This document shows, in pieces, positions 12,468 to 15,215 of a stretch of 15,215 nucleotides of DNA (position 1 is the stretch's first letter; each line of letters begins with the position of its first letter). This DNA comes from Zygophlyctis sp. KS116. Taxonomy: Eukaryota > Fungi > Chytridiomycota. The stretch lies in NCBI GenBank assembly GCA_054661495.1, contig BAAFSQ010000238.1:1-15215 (forward strand), given 5' to 3'. The notes below the pieces were generated by a model. That model was not told the DNA's origin. It did not search any database and saw only the letters and a program-made list of their open reading frames with translations. The position numbers were made by a program, and so were the translations under genes.

Positions 12468-13405
12468 ATGTGGCTCATTTTCCTATTTTTAGTTTCAAAT
12501 TCTAAAATAAAATGCCGCAAGTGCTCTCTTGTCAGACTACAGATAAACTATGTATTGAATATGATGAAGTGAAAGTTAATCAACCAATAACTGTCTATTG
12601 GCCTGTTGGACTTGTGCCAGAGATCTCTGATCTGTCAAAACTAAGAATATTTCTGTTTCAATCAGACTTACTAAGGAATCCACAGTCTGACCCCTGTAAC
12701 ATTGCTGGACTCAATGCATTAACTTCTTGGACTCCACTCATCGTTGATCCTCAAAATACAAAATTTCCTCTACTCAAGTCTACAATAATCTCTATCCCAC
12801 CTTTGCCAAATATTCTATCAGCAATATCAGCTGACAATCATTTCTTTCTTCAAATCAAATCAGTCGATAATCGATTATGTTCAATCGGACCATATTCTAT
12901 TCCTTCTCCATTCACATCATTCAAAATCGATTCATCTAATAATCTCTCAAATAGCGGTACTAACACTGTAGGATCTACTGATGGAACTAGTACTGTTGTA
13001 ATAACAGATGGGAGTAATGGCACTATTACAATTCCAACCATGGAAGTAGATCCCACCTCAACTTCTAATCCTACCAGTAATAGTTCATCATTGTTTGAAT
13101 CAAAAAGTTTACAAATTGGTATGGGAGTCGGCATTGGATTGATTGCAATCTTAATCTTAATTTTAGCTTGGATTCTCAAAAGAAAAGTAAACTCAGATGA
13201 ACAAAAGACCAGATCTCTCCAATTTAGAGAAGATATGTCTAATTTGTCTATTACCCTTGGAAGTAACTTTGCACAATCTACTGAAAAGCTGATCTCTCAA
13301 GATGTTATAAAACCACCTCAAGATCCTCATCAGGTTGTTGTTATAGAAAATAGCACAGATATTATTGAATCTGGAAGTAGAGCAAGTATAATTGAAAGGG
13401 ACTAG
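12468..13405 (+). CDS. Type I single-pass membrane protein (signal peptide, Cys-containing ectodomain, S/T-rich stalk, TM, cytoplasmic tail), about 304 aa
   Basis: The ORF 12512-13405 has an S/T stalk, TM IGMGVGIGLIAILILILAWIL and a KRK stop-transfer, but no signal peptide. ATG 12468 plus a 23-nt GT-TG intron (12492-12514) gives MWLIFLFLPQVLS-CQTT. The 5' structure is inferred. Confidence 0.7.
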
Positions 13406-13501
13406 ATTGTTTTAAAATTGCATTTATAATATTAAGTATTGGCGTAACAAATAAGCGTTTCCTTTTTGCTTTGAAACAAAAAATTTTCCTTGATTTCCCC
13501 C

Positions 13502-14645
13502 ATGATTTGGATTCCTTTTCTGGTCTGTCTACCATCCTTTATCAAGACAGATTCAATTTCACAAGTACCATTCAATGCAACAGATGAAATGTCTTTTAGG
13601 CGAATCAGACCCACAGTGCCAATTGTTGATATTGAGATCCCGAAGAAAAAGTGCCTTGGTGGCACCTGCAAGCCAGAAGTTCCTTTGGATTCTAAAACAC
13701 TTGAAAGATACAGAGTATATGCTAGAGTCATGACGGTTGGATATTGTCGATCTGCTCTCATTAATCAGTGGACTTGTGGCGTTTGTAATGAACCTGCTTC
13801 TCCAATCAAAAATACAACTGATGTACGGTTTTTTCGTACAAAATATCATATAGAACATGGATTACTGGCTGTGAATCATGATCTAGGAAAAATATTTTTA
13901 GCCTTTCAAGGTGTTCAACATAAAATTCAATGGCTGGTGAGTTCTAAAGGATTTATTCCAGTCAAATTAAACACAAAGTTTTCCAATGAAACGATTCAAT
14001 CAAACAATATTAAAGTTCATCGTAAGTTATAATTTTTAATTAGTAGGAGGCTTTCAGCATACATTTTTAACGATACGAAAACTAGTGTTAAATGATTTAA
14101 TAAGTAGGATTGAAAAATATCCATTATATAATTTAGTTATTTTGGGACATTCTTTTGGTGCCGGGGTTGCAGCAATCATGGCTTCAAATATTGCAGTTGG
14201 AAGCTTGGGTCCTAAATTTATACCATCAAAAATTGAACTTGTCACTTTTGGATCATCAAGAGTTGGTAATACACCTTTTGCAGAGTCTATTGATCATGCA
14301 GGATTTGCAGATGTAGCTAGAATTGTTCATAGTACAGATATTCTACCACACATTCCGTTTTGGCCAATGAGTAATTTATCATGCTAATATTTAGATTATC
14401 AACATTATCAAGGAGAAGTTTGGTTGTCGAGTATAAGTAAAGATTGGGTAACGTGCGATGACCGTGATCCAAGTAATCAAGGAGAAGCAAGAAACTGTGC
14501 GAATTCTATTGGAACATTTCATTTTTCAAGAAAGACGCATGTTAGCTACTGGAGCAGGACCAAAGAGAACCTGTGCCCAATACATATGTCATCCAAGCCA
14601 ATGGAAGTTATATTTTTGCCGACTTTTGGGTTGATTAAATATTAA
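13502..14645 (+). CDS. Secreted class 3 (fungal-type) triacylglycerol lipase, about 364 aa, 3 exons
   Basis: Signal peptide MIWIPFLVCLPSFIKT, YC...WTCGVC, LAFQG, VHRGF (spliced), nucleophile GHSFG, TFGSSRVGN, DILPHIP (Asp), YQHYQGEVW and HVSYW (His). Introns: 14022-14046 (25 nt) and 14371-14394 (24 nt). Confidence 0.92.
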
Positions 14646-15125
14646 GAAGTTGAGAAATTATCTGTTATTTGAATCATTTTCTTAAGAGTAGCGATCTACT
14701 ATGTTCCACAAAAAATCTGGTCATACTGGCAGGACCAAAGAAGTAAAGATGGTAACTGTAGAAGAGTTTATAATACTCCTAAATCTACTAAGACGGCAGA
14801 GGCTCCAAAAACTTCATAGCCAACGAAACCTCGAACACTATTCCTCCAACTCTCCAAATCTATCACTTTTACAACTTGCTTCAGCAGTTTCAAAAATAGT
14901 GATCGATACTGTAACAAAAATACAACCCGCTTATTCACCGCAACTTGTTTATTGAAACGGACGTTATCATTCCTAATAATTTCGAAAGAACACTAGTAGT
15001 ATATAAAGAGCACCGGATAATACCGTTTTACTTGAATGCGATTTTCAGTTATTTCGATTAGAAATGTCAAGCAAATACAAATTCTTCAGACTAAAAATTA
15101 TATAAAAAATTGCATTTATTAACAT

Positions 15126-15215
15126 TCAAGGATTTTCTTTTGTTGGAGAATCGCTTTTTTCACTAGAAGTTTGCTCGGATTCTTTTTGAAATGTAATGAT
15201 GTCGTCTTGTTTCAC
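15126..15215 (-). CDS. Probable 3' end of a gene entering from the right edge (VKQDDIITFQKESEQTSSEKSDSPTKENP*)
   Basis: 30 codons in one frame from the window edge, ending in TGA at 15128-15126, with protein-tail-like composition. AATAAA follows on the minus strand (15115-15120). Confidence 0.45.
   Translation of the reverse strand: MKQDDIITFQKESEQTSSEKSDSPTKENP

Noticed and set aside
13829-13854. Intron-like GTTTTTTCGT...ATATAG (26 nt) in lipase exon 1
   Set aside because: Excision would frameshift an open frame that already encodes a plausible lipase strand.
14701-14955. 84-aa ORF as a confident gene
   Set aside because: No recognisable motif or supporting signal; kept only as part of a low-interest finding.

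Overview
AT-rich, very compact eukaryotic DNA, most likely from a zoosporic (flagellated) early-diverging fungus such as a chytrid. The clues are fungal-type metabolic genes plus a CCDC180/CFAP76-like ciliary coiled-coil gene. The fragmented ORF track is explained by about 29 ultra-short spliceosomal introns (23-32 nt), which I reconstructed by hand under the standard genetic code. They give 10 complete genes: a GPI-type Cys-rich protein, CCDC180-like (14 introns), a lysophospholipid acyltransferase, bifunctional PFK-2/FBPase-2, a MARVEL-like 4TM protein, an acidic disordered protein, a bacterial-like GNAT, an Aa_trans transporter, a type I membrane protein and a class 3 lipase. The 3' end of an 11th gene is probably present. 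Most intergenic gaps are 30-45 nt. The most notable signal is the splicing system. Two genes are best made intact by GT...TG introns (non-AG acceptors), one needs a GC-AG intron, and AGs closer than about 23 nt to the donor are skipped, suggesting distance-based 3' splice-site choice. A shared CTACG-N4/5-CGGCGTTAA element sits just before two start codons. All gene models and family names come from manual reading, not database searches.
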